A stretch of 64,000 nt of DNA from Octopus bimaculoides. Taxonomy: Eukaryota. This document shows positions 24,442 through 37,878 of this stretch, in pieces. The DNA lies in NCBI RefSeq assembly GCF_001194135.2, contig NC_068981.1, positions 14,522,163 to 14,586,162 of the forward strand, read 5' to 3'. A program made the translations under genes and the position numbers. The notes below the pieces were generated by a model. It ran no database searches, was not told where the DNA came from, and saw only the letters and a list, made by a program, of their open reading frames with translations. Every line of letters begins with the position of its first letter. The first letter of the stretch is position 1.

Positions 24442-26215
24442 CGATTCAGCTTCCAATCTCACACTAAAACTCACCAGATATTCCTTTATATCCTCAAACT
24501 CATTTCAGCCGCAGCGGTTTATAAAGTTCTTCGTATTTCATATCTAACGTATTTACGCTATTGTTCCTATATAAAAATAGTTCAGGTCCCTACACTGACA
24601 TGAATTGTACGCTTTTTAAAAAGTGGTAAACTGGTTTATTTGTAAAATATCTCTGACCTCTTACAACTATTTATTGAACGATTTAGTATATGTTGATAGT
24701 TATCCAATGTTTTTACTGCCATCACAATAGCAGCACTCCTATAGGATAGTAGATTCATTAAAATAGCCTATCTTGCGACCTGCTTCGCCAGATACTTACA
24801 CATTATTTGCGGATACGCATTCAACAAATTTTTGGCTCTAAACATTTCAGTAATTGTTTGTCCAGAACGATACCTTAATATACCTCCTTGTATTAGGAAT
24901 GTGGATCATGAACATTGTGTCCACACCACCAAACTTAAATGCACAGTAAATGTTATGTCTTCTTTTTTTCTTAGTTCTAACACTTAAATAAAACGAAACT
25001 CAGTGCTGGCGTTACTATAGATTATTTAGTCTGCAAACATAGAAATTCTCCATATACATCTTTTATTCTCGATATATGTCCTCGTATGTAGATCGAATCA
25101 TTCGCTTTTTACCTTCGAGCTCATATAAGCAGAGATATACTATTATCCAAATATTGTTTCACAATACACATTCTCTTTACTAGCCAACTCATTCAATCTT
25201 TCTCATCAGAAATATTTCGCAATATAGTAATGACTGCAACATTCTATTTCTGCCTGCGTTTCTCAATATCATAGTTGCTTTGTTTTATTATTTTTTTTCA
25301 CTTGGTTTAATCAGATCGATACCTAAGTTCAAGGTAGCTATCTAATGAAATCGACTTTGCTTTGCGAACGAAATAAACAATAAATTTCAATGTAAAAGAA
25401 AAGAAAGCAATTTGGTGCTTTTTTTGTTTACATCTTTTACCCTTTGCTCCAATTTATTTTCAATTCAGTTTCTGGTTGAGATCGATATGCATCCACTTTG
25501 CCGAATTTATTTTTAACATTATTTGTTGTTTTTACCGAATCTAAACAATTGGTTTCTCTTAATAGTTTCTCTGCAGGAACTGTCTGCAATAGCATGTTAT
25601 AAAAGAGTGGTGAGTCAAGAAAACATAGCTAGACCCAACTACAATATATGTGTAATACGGAGGCGACGGCATGCAACGATAACAATAGTAAAACTAATAA
25701 TGATACTGAGAGAAATATAAAAACAATGATAATAATGTTCCTAACAATAGTGATGATGATAATAATCAGGATGAAAACTCACTGTGACGATAAAAAAAAT
25801 ATCCATAATAGTGCTGAGTACATATTTGCCTTTAGCGCCGATGAACAAGAAACAAAACACGCAGCTATTAAATAAAGAAATGAATTACGTACAAAGGAAA
25901 CACAATTTTGCAAATCCAAGTGTTACAGGAAGAACATTTACTTACTTAGGAAATGTTAGAAAGAGCAATATATATATATATATATATATACACAAGTGTT
26001 TGTGTGGGTTACAATATGATGAGAAATTAATTAATAAATTACNNNNNNNNNNNNNNNNNNNNNNNNNNNNNNNNNNNNNNNNNNNNNNNNNNNNNNNNNN
26101 NNNNNNNNNNNNNNNNNNNNNNNNNNTATATATATATATATATATATTACGTTATATCAGAATACATCAAAGTTTTTCCTTTCTGTTCTAAACACAACGA
26201 ACTGGTTAGTTTCAG

Positions 26216-26620
26216 ATATATTTTAACGGGTATCTCTACAAATTGGGAGACGAGTTTCTCTTTGTTGTAGCTCATTATGTGAACTCATCTTAAAGATCAC
26301 CCCACAGCCTTTGTTTCATTAGCAAGTCTAAATGATTCTACATATCTGGTGGCAATGGCAAAGGAGGTTATCTGACGAGCTACATTGAACGGGCTAACGT
26401 GACGCAATGACCACTTTAGTCAGGCTCTGAAAACTGTTTTCAAGTTTCAGTTGAAAAAGAAATTGATTGTGCAGAAATAGGTACTGCCTCGTAGTAAATG
26501 AATACATTAAAACGTGTCCGAGACCCGAAGGCATGGTCCCAGTGAATGGATTTCCTTTAAGCATATGCTTTATATTTAGAAGAGGACAGCTTTGGGAGGA
26601 CGTTTGACTTCGTGTTCAGT
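26216..26620 (+). pseudogene. Possible decayed kelch-repeat coding fragment
   Basis: After a tttcag acceptor: FNGYLYKLG, then SLASLND / YISGGNGKGGYLTSYIERAN (one frameshift, several stops), resembling kelch LNGxLYxxGG..SVERY repeats. Confidence 0.3.
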
Positions 26621-28991
26621 ATGAGAATGGTTCTTTATTATTACCACATATTTTACAAAATTTCGTTTAGCTCGCTTCAAATCCGTCTCTGAATTTGTAA
26701 CTTTCGTCATATGATATCCTCGTCTATGTATGAAATACAGTTGGTTATTATCTCGGTCCGAAAATTATTACTGCAATCTCACCAAATTCAATTTAAAAAG
26801 CGAATTACAAAATAGAATTTTGGAAAATCTAAACGCGCATTTCACCTTACAAGAGAAATATTGCCACATACTGATTGAAGCCCTATTTGTTGAATCTTAT
26901 CGATACAGGCGGAACAGAATCACATTTACAAAAAAATACGAACACTTATATAAATACGAATGGACAGATCAAAATTTACAAAGATAAAAACACAACAAAT
27001 AATACATTAAATGCTTTACCACGTGTATCTCAATAAGAATATTTTTAGGGAATATTACTGAAAGAAAATGCGATCGATATTGTTAGTATTAAGTGCAACA
27101 GCTTTCGCATAAACACGTTAAACAAGGGCAGCGTTTCTGAATGCGAGGTTGTGCCTGTGCTTTTAACACACTAATTTAAATTCATGTGAAAGGAAGCAGT
27201 GCAGCATAGCTATTTGGAGCCATACGGTGTTGTTCTATGGACATTATAGACAAGTACAAGTAAGATAAAATCTTTTACGTACTTTGGCATTCTAAAAATA
27301 TCATAGAGGCTTTCATTTACCTACAAATGTGGAGGTGGAAAAGCCTAGAAGAATGAAGAACACATTCATCACACTTATACTTCGAATGTTATGTCAAAGG
27401 AACAGAGACTACACTTAGGAACAACAGCTATGACATTCGAAACTGGACCGTTATCATTAATGTATTTTGTATAGGTGGGTGATTATTTCGGAGGGGATTA
27501 AAGAAGTTGTAGATGGGTATAAGGATGAACATACATGCACCATTGGTTACAGAAAACCAGAGCCCAACAAATGATATAAAAGAAAATTGTGCGCTGTTAA
27601 GGAAGAAGACAAACATGGCACAATGCTTACCGTGCAATGTTAAATGACAAAACGTTTTCAATGTTGTAGTAATAGCCATTTGCTAACGTTTGGTCTGAGG
27701 ATCAGTTAAAGTGAAAAACATATCCGGTTTGAGACCAGCAGTCCTAATTTCCAGAATTCTGCCATGTTTCTTGCCTAACTGATTTCCATATGGATAGTAA
27801 GCTAGAATTCCACTGACATTTGTCCTTGAAGTGAGAAACCACAAAACATCAAGTAGCATCGCATGGCTCCGAATGGAAATGGTTAATAGACAATCTCTAT
27901 GATGTGCAAGAACAATTTGGTAAACAAATGTGCAACTACGCAAATATATCGGGCCTTCTTTATTGAAAATGTTAGAAGTAGGCTTACAAAAGGTCGTGTT
28001 AAAACATAATACACATCATTTTGTGCCTTGTATGCTTCGATATTTAAGCAGCACGCGGGTTGACATAGTTTTACCATGAGAAAAATGTGTGATAGAGCGA
28101 TTTCAAATCTCAAAATTATAGTGCGATATGACAGAATTTAGCTGGATCTGATGATTTGTGTCTTTATATTGGTGAAAATTTGTTTTAAGTGTTCGGTATC
28201 TTCATATAATTTCATTTATACTGCACATTAATATTTTAGTTGTGTCTTTTGTATAATATCCTCACGGTTCCCCATATAGCTGTAAGCCATGCATAAAGTA
28301 CACACAAATTTATTCACACACACAGACCGATATAGTACAAGCGCATATATACACGTACATTATGTATTGTCTGATTGTAGTTCTTAAAACTCCTCCAAAA
28401 TTTTCCTTGTATGCTTTTGTGATGCTCTCGTTAATCTGTATATGTAGCATTTTATTAGTTTCATGTAGTGTGTATAAGAATGGTGTAGTATTAATAGTAT
28501 GTTTCTAGTTTATGGATCTACTTTAATGTGCTGAGTTTCAATTAATGTCCACTGCTTAGTAATTTTAACACAATTATCTAGCCCCATCTTCATTTTCATG
28601 TCCAGCTGAATGCATGGGCATTTATTAAGATTTCCAGCTGTATATTGTCATTTATAAGTAACGCTATGTAATACTTAAAACGGAAATGGTTTATAATTGC
28701 CACAACAATTTACAAATGTTCGCTATTTTATTCAACAAAAGTATATATTTCAACCACCTGCAAAACTATTGAGTAAATAAGAAATCGCATTGGTAGATTC
28801 TTCTTTTCACACTTATAGACATCTATTAATAAAGCTCTCCATACTCCAACGTTGCGGTCTTTTGCAATTTTCTCATTACATGTCTTATGTTCCGTGGGTC
28901 TGAATCCTCGCTCATTCATTTAAAGCGAAATCTTAGTAACCCAAATAGATGTGTGCAGCCATCCTTTCTGATCTTTAATTAAGACCTGCAG

Positions 28992-29217
28992 CGTTGGTTA
29001 AGACGGGCTAAAAGCAGGTACAGTATAACACTCAAAGCCGCAGTGTTTATCCTACATGGAAATGGTTCGAACGTATTTGTCATCCGGGAACAACTAGAAA
29101 GGACATTATCCGGAAGCGCACTGGACGCTTATGTAATTTTCACTGAAGACAGCGCTGCTTGTTCAGTTGGCAACAGAAGTTGGTCTAACCAATACGAATT
29201 TCAATTGCATTTACTTG
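28992..29217 (+). CDS. Candidate exon, possibly alpha/beta-hydrolase-like N-terminal strand
   Basis: ctgcag acceptor and G|gtaagc donor, within a 100-codon open frame: RWLRRAKSRYSITLKAAVFILHGNGSNVFVIREQLERTLSGSALDAYVIFTEDSAACSVGNRSWSNQYEFQLHLL. Confidence 0.35.
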
Positions 29218-29280
29218 GTAAGCCGTGCCCAACAATTATCCTCACATGTGGACGAACAACAATAAATAAATCCATCCTGC

Positions 29281-29400
29281 TGTAGGTACAAAGTTTGAAA
29301 TTTTGGAGGAGACGATGAGTCGATTACATCGGCACCACTACTCAATTGATATTATTTTTCGATACCATAGGGATGAAAGGCAAAGTTGACCTTGGCAGAA
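29281..29400 (-). mobile_element. Partial SINE (same family as 21041)
   Basis: GTCGATTACATCG...GGGATGAAAGGCAAAGTTGACCTTGGC. Confidence 0.55.
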
Positions 29401-29699
29401 AGAACAGGAAATAATGAAATGAAAAAAAAAAAACATTCCTGCTTAGTAGGAACATCCGGACCACATTTGATACAGCAGATAGTGATCGCAAAAAACGTTG
29501 CAGCTGACTGCTTTACCCATGAAATTTCAAGGTTGACTATTGACACAACCTGCTTTTAGTGAAGTTCTCGTAAAAAGTGTAGTGATATTCTACATGATAT
29601 TGGCCACCGATGTCATTACTTTTGCCTCCTAGATGCTGCAAGACACCTTTCTGGAGTATTTTTAGTTTCATGAAAGGAACAGTTTCAAGATATGGAAAT

Positions 29700-30420
29700 G
29701 GGTCCGAACAAACAGTTATGATAGGTAGAAAGGTAGTTTGAACGTATTATGTCCCCGCTATCTAAACGGATTCTGAATTTTGCCGCAAATCATACACTAA
29801 ATTCATATAGGCAAGGTTAGCCTTGGTGACAGCAAAGCTTCGGTAGTTATAAACTTATAAGGCATGGAATGAGTATCTTGAAAGCATAATATTGGAAACT
29901 TTATGACAAAGAACAGCTTTTGCAATCTTTCATTCGATACGCTATCTTCCAGCAAAAAAAAAACAGCTCGAAAATACTGCAAAAATCTTCCTTAGTCGAA
30001 ACTTTGGCACCCAATAGACGTCATTATGCTACTTCCGACAGCTATTAGAGATGTGTTCCACATTCAAATAATGTCCAGTGCACTATGATACATAGGCTGC
30101 AATAGTCTGCTGCGCTATTGAACATCATGTAATATCCAAGATAAAGGGAGAACGTGTTCCTATGTTCCTAAGTAGGGATTTCATGTAAGTCAGCTGTAAG
30201 CTTATTTCGAGCCAAATCATTAATGTGACTATAAAATGTGCTAGGATGTTACGACAATGATGTATGACTCTTTGCACAAAATTGAAAACAATATACTGAG
30301 TACAGACAGAGAAGCACTCTTTAGAAACTAAGTGCTTAAGCTGACCTCGTGGTCGAAGCACTTCCAAACTATCCTCGACACCTCCCGCATGATCTATTAT
30401 TCAGCAACTGATTGCATTAA
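29700..30420 (+). mobile_element. Highly decayed RTE LINE fragment
   Basis: TDREAL..LTSWSKHFQTIL resembles the RTE linker motif xxRWxEHFxxLL; boundaries approximate. Confidence 0.35.
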
Positions 30421-31233
30421 ATAAACTGCGCAGAGACGGTTGTTATTAGGTTCAAGCCTTGTTTCCTTCTAAACATGACTACAGAGTACATCATATCATC
30501 CGGCATATGTAAGTCCTTTCATATGCCTTTTATGAAGGGGTTATTTTATAGGTTAGACTGCTTCCATTAGTTGTTTTGGACATTCATTATTACCGATTTC
30601 TTTAAGTCTTTATTTTCATTATTATCAATAACAGTGTTGATGACATAAACGAGTATGACAATTACAATGACAATATTGCTGACGATGGCAATAATGATGA
30701 TAATCGTAATCATGCATGCTGTCGTCGATAGAGAACATGGTTAATATTTTGTGAGCTGCGTGAATACATTAAGGTATGAAAAGGCAAACACACTGTAATC
30801 TTGAACCTCCAAGTTCCGGACATTAGAAAGAGAAAACAATTGTTTGATCCATGTTAATGAAACGGAAAAGTAACAAATAGAAAAGGAAGATGGAAAGCCA
30901 CTATATCTAAAAGGGAGTATTATGCGGCCTAACATTAATAATTGCTGCTGGAACTAAAAGAAAAGAGGATTATGACGACACAAACTAAAAAGGCTAAAAT
31001 AGAGTGTTTCACCGAATTATGGCTCTATAAAGGAGATAAAAGAATGTTATAGCATCGAATGCTTTTGTTTTTATTTGTTTACAATGAATTAACTCTGGAA
31101 ACAAGTTTGATTTTCAACAACGACATGGCGTAAAGATACGCCATGGTTACGCAAACATTAACAGATTAAAGCTGATCATAATGTGGTCAGGATGGCACAT
31201 AACTATTACAAAATAAATGGTACTTGAACACTA

Positions 31234-31388
31234 CTACAGCGCCTTTTCTTTTACTTCTAATGCTGGTATATTTACTATTGCTGTTCCTGTGAACTTTCTT
31301 ACAGAAGCGTCTTCAAAGAGAACATTAACTGCATCGAACTCACCATTTTTTGAAAGCTTAAGGAAGGCTATCTGTACATCTCCTTCAT
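31234..31388 (-). CDS. Candidate exon (DEGDVQIAFLKLSKNGEFDAVNVLFEDAS...), weak ankyrin-like pattern
   Basis: tttgttttag acceptor; possible donors GTGAGT (exon ends 31344) and GTAAGA (ends 31303); frame open to TAG at 31234. Confidence 0.25.
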
Positions 31389-32129
31389 CTAAAACAAACT
31401 AGTAAAATATTACTTTCACAGCTACAACATACGCCAGTATTATTTATTCAGTGATGGATAAAAATTAAACCGAGAAATCAGAGAACTTGACTATGATGAA
31501 AGGTCGATGGTTCCCATCTAAAAGAAGGCTTTAATGTCGGTAGTCGCGAGAACATGAAGAAATATAAAATAGACTATACATCGGGGGAAAATGTACTGGG
31601 ATTAAAAGACTACTGCACGTGCAGGGAATATTGGTTAAATAATTGGGTTTTGGTGGATAAAGTCTATAAGAGATAGAAGCTGTATGTTTGTATGTATATT
31701 ATATATATAACAAGAAATAATTTTTGTCGCTTTTTATAGGAACATGGTTTTATGAAATGGAATTTTTTGAAATACTCGTTTGAGGGGAGTAAGGACATTT
31801 TTTCAGCCGATTGATATTTAAAAAAAGAAATTATTTAGATTTTCAGTAGCATGACATGCTTTAGAATTTTTAGATTGTATATACCTTCTTCATAGGCCGT
31901 GCTATATATCTGTATTTTTATTCTCATATATAGTTTTTACCTTCTGCGTTTTTTTGTATATGTATAATTTATGATTTCTGTATAAGTTTTATATGTTTAA
32001 AAGCCATGTTAATATTTATATATTTGACCACCAAACCATGTTGTTGCATGGGGAAATTCTTAATAATATAGTTGTCGTCACAACACTTTCTTTATTTGGG
32101 TTTAACTTTTGAATATAATCTGTCGATTA

Positions 32130-32441
32130 AGGCGACGAGTGTTCAAGTTGAGATCCGACCAATGGAACAGCGTGATCGTGAAATTAACGTGTAAGCTATT
32201 GAGCTTCCACCGACTCTCGTATCCTTACCGACGTTCTCAGGGAGGTTCAGCTTGACACAAAATATGACAAGGCTGGCCCTTAGAAATACAGGTACTACAT
32301 ATTCTCGCAAGCTGGGCGGCCTTGAGCAATGTGAACAAAAATGACTTGCTCAAGTACAAAAAGCGCTGCTGTGAATCGAACTCACTCATGACTTTACAAT
32401 CGTAAATCGAATACCCTTACCTCTAAGTTGGGCATCTTCAC
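32130..32441 (-). mobile_element. tRNA-derived SINE, degenerate
   Basis: Shares the GAACAGC..TCGTGAAATTAACGTG..GACAAGGCTGGCCCT body with 23995; minus-strand GAGCAAGTC CORE-like block and tRNA-like head. Confidence 0.65.
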
Positions 32442-33020
32442 TTAATCATTTGATATAGTTGACGAACAAAAATGTGAAATCAGCGTAATTTACTTTTGTT
32501 GGGAAAAAGTAAATGGCAGAATTTATAACATTCTCCAAAAATCTATTTGGAGCTTCTAATTGCATTGTATCAGCAAAGTAACAAAGTCGTACATAGTATT
32601 ACAAACAGGATTCAGGCATGATAATTAAAAGGATGATGATGGAAGTGCTAACTATCGTTGTTTCAGGGAAAATAAATGATAAAATGTTAATGATGATGAC
32701 ATCGACATTGACAAATCATTTTCTAGTTTAATTATTTAAAATATTACGTTCGTTCCCCGAACTTTCCGAAGATAACATTTCTGAAATTCTCTAAAATATT
32801 TATAGTTTCGCTTGCAGTTAATTTCTTCTTGTATTTTCCCCTTTAGCTCTAGCGATAAACAAGAGACTTATGGTAAAATTAATCAACAGTGAATAATACA
32901 ATCACCACATAAATCAAAATATTGGTGTTGACTGCAACGATAAGTAGTGTCGTAGTTCAAAATTGTAAATGTTTACCATTGTTATTAAAAGAACTTAATA
33001 TTTATTATGTTTTTTTTTTT

Positions 33021-33125
33021 AATGTGGCGAGAGCTTGCAGAATACTTAACACGAAATACTTGGTGGCATTCGTCTGTCTTTTCGATCTGAGTTCAAATTT
33101 CGCCGGCGTCAGCTTTTCCTTTTGA
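33021..33125 (+). mobile_element. SINE 5' head fragment
   Basis: TGGCGAGAGCTTGCAGAA...CTGAGTTCAAATTTCGCCG. Confidence 0.55.
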
Positions 33126-33220
33126 TGAAGTTGTATTAAGGGCAACTTGAATCTGGCGAGTCGCATAAATAGCTAAGCGTTTGTAAGGTTCAAAACCAAC
33201 GGTCACTGTTTGAGAGTACC

Positions 33221-33283
<63 letters not shown>

Positions 33284-34512
33284 GAAAGAGAGAGAGAGAA
33301 AGAGGGAGTTGCATATGCGTATACATGTATATATACATATAATTATATAACTTATTCACACACACTCTTATGTAAACAAAAAAAATCGTATTTTGTTGCG
33401 AACACAAGTGCAATTTTCACTAATATTGATTTATTTCTACCGGGTGGGGTTTGCGATACGTAGAATTGACAGCGTCCATTTAAATACGATTTCAGTGTCG
33501 TTTTTCAAACGCTGTAAATCTGTATATCTGGTTAGAACATCATTATGTCCTGTCACCTACCGTTCATGATGCAGGAAGTACTTCTGAACGAAATATTCAT
33601 TATTTTTGGCGTTGTCTATTCTTTTAAGCGAAGCAGACACTCAGAATACGACTCATTCATTAGAATGGGCTTCTATTGTTTTCTGAAAAAGCTGTCTTGA
33701 AAATATGTCATACTAAGTGTTATGGCATCAATTTTGTGCCACATTTTCTGACAAAATGTGGACCATATTGAAATTATTCCTCGTACATATAATGCGTGAA
33801 AAACTGCTTATGAGATATCAACAAAATTGCAATATTTGTAATGTTTTCGTTTGTAAACGCATATATGTATGCGTGTTTGATAAGTAACTACTGCCTTAAA
33901 TATTACAACACTTCTTCATAAAAGTGCAAATTATCAGATATCGTTATTTTTTCCCTCTTTTAACGAATGTTTGACTTCATTTAAAGTGTAATCCAACTCC
34001 GCAAGAAACAGAAACCTCAAACTAAGTTTGTGTCAGAGCACCCCATTGATATACAATAATCGAAAACAATCTCGATTTTATTGTGATTACAGCCTGTGCG
34101 ATCATCAAGGGTGAATATATGCTATTCTTAAAACAGTATATCGTACCGAATATTACATTTCAGAAGACCCACCAGAGGTCTCTAGATGTGTCCCTTTATT
34201 TTGTCACATCCTCCAGTCTCCATCCATTAGCTCAAGCTGTACATGATGTATAGTTGGAACGTGAGAGGATACACACAAGCAAATTTATCTGCCGCCATTT
34301 TCTATGTCGTCTTGTCTCAAAGCCAATAATTTTAGGGGTACTAAGTTCGCCAGCTTGGGAAATAACTTTATCGACCATGAACTGATGACAGCAAAATTCT
34401 ACCTCGTTTGAATTCAAACATAAAATGTAGTAAAGAGTTGGAAGAATTGCGTCTAAATATTTTTTTTGAGGCTGTATAATTTCTGTCATATAATAATATC
34501 TCGGCAAAATAA

Positions 34513-34972
34513 TTCGATAAGCTCAGAAAGTATAAAGATCTGCTAATCAAAGTCGAAAAAATGTGGCATCTCAAGGCGGTTACAATACCAATGATTGTAG
34601 GAGTGATCAAAAACAGAACTCAAAATTATTTAAGAATGATCCCTGGTTTACCATCCATGCAGGAAATGCAAAATGTTGTTACAACTGGTACGTCAGACGT
34701 ATTGAGAAGAGCATTTTCGCTGTAAATTTTCTTTCCCTTTTCCCCTTTATTATATGTACTTTTCTAGCTTTTATTTTTTCCTTTTCCTCTTTGTCTTCCC
34801 ACTTTTTTGTCTATTGCATACCTCTGTAAATGAACAATCTGGTGTATTAATTTTTATGGTTTACCAATATATGAAGTACATTTCTCTGCTCTAGGTGTCA
34901 GGAAGACACTCGGCAAGAAATGGAAACAGAACTGAAAGCAGATGCTAATTAAAGTTATAATAACAATAATAA
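34513..34972 (+). mobile_element. 3' end of an R4/Dong-type (RLE endonuclease) LINE with 3' UTR and (TAA)n tail
   Basis: FDKLRKYKDLLIKVEKMWHLKAVTIPMIVG..IPGLPSMQEMQNVVTTGTSDVLRRAFSL* followed by a TAATAACAATAATAAT tail. Confidence 0.7.
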
Positions 34973-34974
34973 TA

Positions 34975-35186
34975 TATTCTACACTAAGCACAAGGCTCGA
35001 AATTTTGAGGGAGAGGTCAGTCAATTAGATCAACTCTAGTACGCAGCTGGTACTTAATTTATTGACCCCGAAAGGATGTAAAGCAAAGTCGACCTCGTCG
35101 GAATTTGAACTCAGAACGTAAAGACAGGTGAAATAACGCTAAGCATTTCGCCCGGCGTGCTAACGTTTCTGCCAGCTCGCTGCCTT
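34975..35186 (-). mobile_element. tRNA-derived SINE, full length
   Basis: Same family as 21041, with intact head ...GCTAACGTTTCTGCCAGCTCGCTGCCTT. Confidence 0.85.
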
Positions 35187-36189
35187 ACACCAGTTTAGTA
35201 TTAACGAATGATTATCTGCTTTGTAGTAGCGATCGGAAGATCAACTGAATTATACCGACCTATTTGAAGCATATTACTGTTTAGGATTATTCCTATGGTT
35301 CACTCTTAGAGACAAATACAGCAATCTTTGGCGTATAAATAACATAAGTATATTCTCATAACACTTCAATCTCTTTCTTGATCTGTAATTTGCCTCACGT
35401 TGAAAAACCTGAGACAACAACCATATTACTTCTTATTTTTGATCACGTGTAGTCGTGTTCCCCATAGTGTTTCTAATACTTGCTTTAAGAAAGGTAACTC
35501 TCATAAATTTTCTGAAAACCTGAATAACAACGGGCGTAAGGATAAATATAAAATCAATGGTTAGCTTAAAAGAACATTAAATAAATCCCAAATCCCCAAA
35601 ATACATCTTCAATATTATTCCGTTATTAAAATAACACATCTGTCTCTATTTTGAATGAATAAATACAAAATTGTTCTAGTTTTGCATAATAATCAGGAGG
35701 CATGCTAATTATCGTAGTAGAAACTGGAGTGAAGTAGAAGTAAAACAAAAATTAATATAATTGCTATCAGGCAGATGCTGTTAATGAAGGTTGACACCAG
35801 AAGGATTAATAAACGACGATGAGGTAGTATAAGAAAAGATGGTGAAAATATCGACTACTCATCAAATATCTCACAAAAAAATATGCAAAATAAAATTTTG
35901 TAAAATCAAATAGTGTAAAAATAAAATTGTAAAATGATATTTTTTGAGACAATTATTTACATTTATTTTAATATAGCCTTGTTAATTATCCTATTTTTAA
36001 TGCCTCTGTTGTTGGTATTGATCTTAGAATGGTCATGTAGAGTTCTGGAGATTAAATCAGCCAAATTCAAATACCATTAATTTTTGCCTCGCATAATTCT
36101 TTTCATGATTACTAGGACTCAAGACAGATTTTATGGCATATAACTGACCGAGATCATAACCAATTCCATGAACGGGATGCCGGTGCGCG

Positions 36190-36395
36190 GCAGGGTTTCA
36201 ATGCCAGCAAATTTTGAAGGAGGGCACTAGTCCATTAAATCGACCTCAGTATTTGATTGCTATTTATTCTATCGATCCCGAATTGATGAAAAGTTAAGTT
36301 GACCTCAACAAGATTAAACACTCAAGACGTAATAAACTTGAATAAATACTGCCAAGCATTTTATTCGATATGCTAACGATTCTGTTAGTTTACAG
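36190..36395 (-). mobile_element. Degenerate SINE copy
   Basis: ATCGATCCCGAATTGATGAAAAGTTAAGTTGACCTC..GCTAACGATTCTG. Confidence 0.55.
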
Positions 36396-36649
36396 CGTGT
36401 ATTAAATATGTCAGATCACGATCAGTTTTTAAAATTTAGCTACATCTAAAATATACAACGCTATGATAAGTTTGATGTTAATAGAGAGTTAAATATTTAT
36501 TGACCCTACCTCTAGTTAGTAGTTTTGATAGATTTGATAAATAACCTAAATAGCAGACCTTTAATCTTTTTTTCTTTGGTCAGTAAGCGTTATTTCTTAT
36601 TTGCTTCTGTCTAGAAATCAAGGAAAATGACTACAATTCCTTTCAAACA

Positions 36650-37050
36650 TTGCTTTTGTGGCCTGGTCATCAATGATTTGAAACTGACATTTTCTCCATT
36701 ACGTTTCCGGCAGATTCAGCGCTGAGTTGCTGAAGAAGACATACTGGAATAACAAATATACTGTTCAATACCACAGATATGTGCATCTCTGACCATGAGC
36801 AGGAATAATGGGGGAGCATTCTGGCCATGTGTTGCAGGGGATTTTTTGGGGTTTTGAATAAATATAACCAAGGCAATATCTGATTTTTCATACATTTTTA
36901 GGGGTAAGCACATAGCAAATAACAGTTGCTACCCCAAACCCTTGTTACAACACTTTATAATATTCTAATGTATACACGAACTGATATTTTGTAGGCTTTC
37001 CGGGTTGCCAACATCCTCCGGGGATGAAATTGTAACTTAACGTTTATGAG
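36650..37050 (-). mobile_element. Highly decayed CR1/L2-type reverse transcriptase fragment
   Basis: Minus-strand DVGNPESLQNISSCI (resembles DxxNPxNYRPISL), IALVIFI, HICGIEQ..ATQR..NGENVSFKS (resembles RT domain 3-4 region). Confidence 0.4.
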
Positions 37051-37846
37051 CATGTCATGCGAATAATTCATTAAGTTATTTCTGGACTTTGAACTCCATG
37101 CATGACATGCTTGAAGTGTAACAACCGTGATTATGCAAAAGAAAATATTCAAGCAGTTGGACAAACTTATCCTCACATGAATTTCTTTAAAAATCCCTGC
37201 AATTTCATTTGCTCGGGAAGTGTATACCAAGTGTGGAATTATTTGAAGGCTCTGCAGTAGTAATTTGTCTTGTATGTCACAGCCAATAAGCTTCCGACAT
37301 TGTATTTGCTGATGAGCGATACTGATGACTGTGGCTCATGCAGGTTCATTACATTCAAAAGAAGATTAATTGTATATTCATTCGCATCACCAATGGAATC
37401 TTGTATAGATTAGTGTGGTGCAATAACCAAGCTAAGAGCTTGGCTGATTTTGGTTTAATCAGGAGCAACATAATGTGTCAACATCTATTTCTAACAAAGC
37501 ATTTACTTTTACATTTTAATGTCATAGAATTTGCCCCCCGAACTCTTTAACTACGCACGAATCTCTATGACTGCTTATAGATACGTACACTGCACAAGCT
37601 GAGAGATACACAAGGTTGTCGAAATAAACTCAAGGAAGCTAACAACGAACAAGTTTACAACGCATGGTATCGCACTGTTAGTGGAGAAACGCTTTCTTTC
37701 ACAACATTAAAGTGGTGACCTGAAAACAAAAATAATTACACAAGTATTATGCTGGAAGCATAAAAATGTGATTTGGGGCGGAGAAATGTATAGTGTCGTT
37801 TTTCAAAGAAACAAATGAGAAAGGTGTAGATTGGTGGGGTACATCG

Positions 37847-37878
<32 letters not shown>

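Noticed and set aside
25648-25875. N/D/T-rich ORF
   Set aside because: It is a degenerate AAT/GAT trinucleotide repeat.
27470-28100. Protein-like text (ISEGIKEVVDGYKDEHTCTIGYRKPEPNK*...)
   Set aside because: Many stops in all frames and no recognisable motif; it may be an unidentifiable decayed element.
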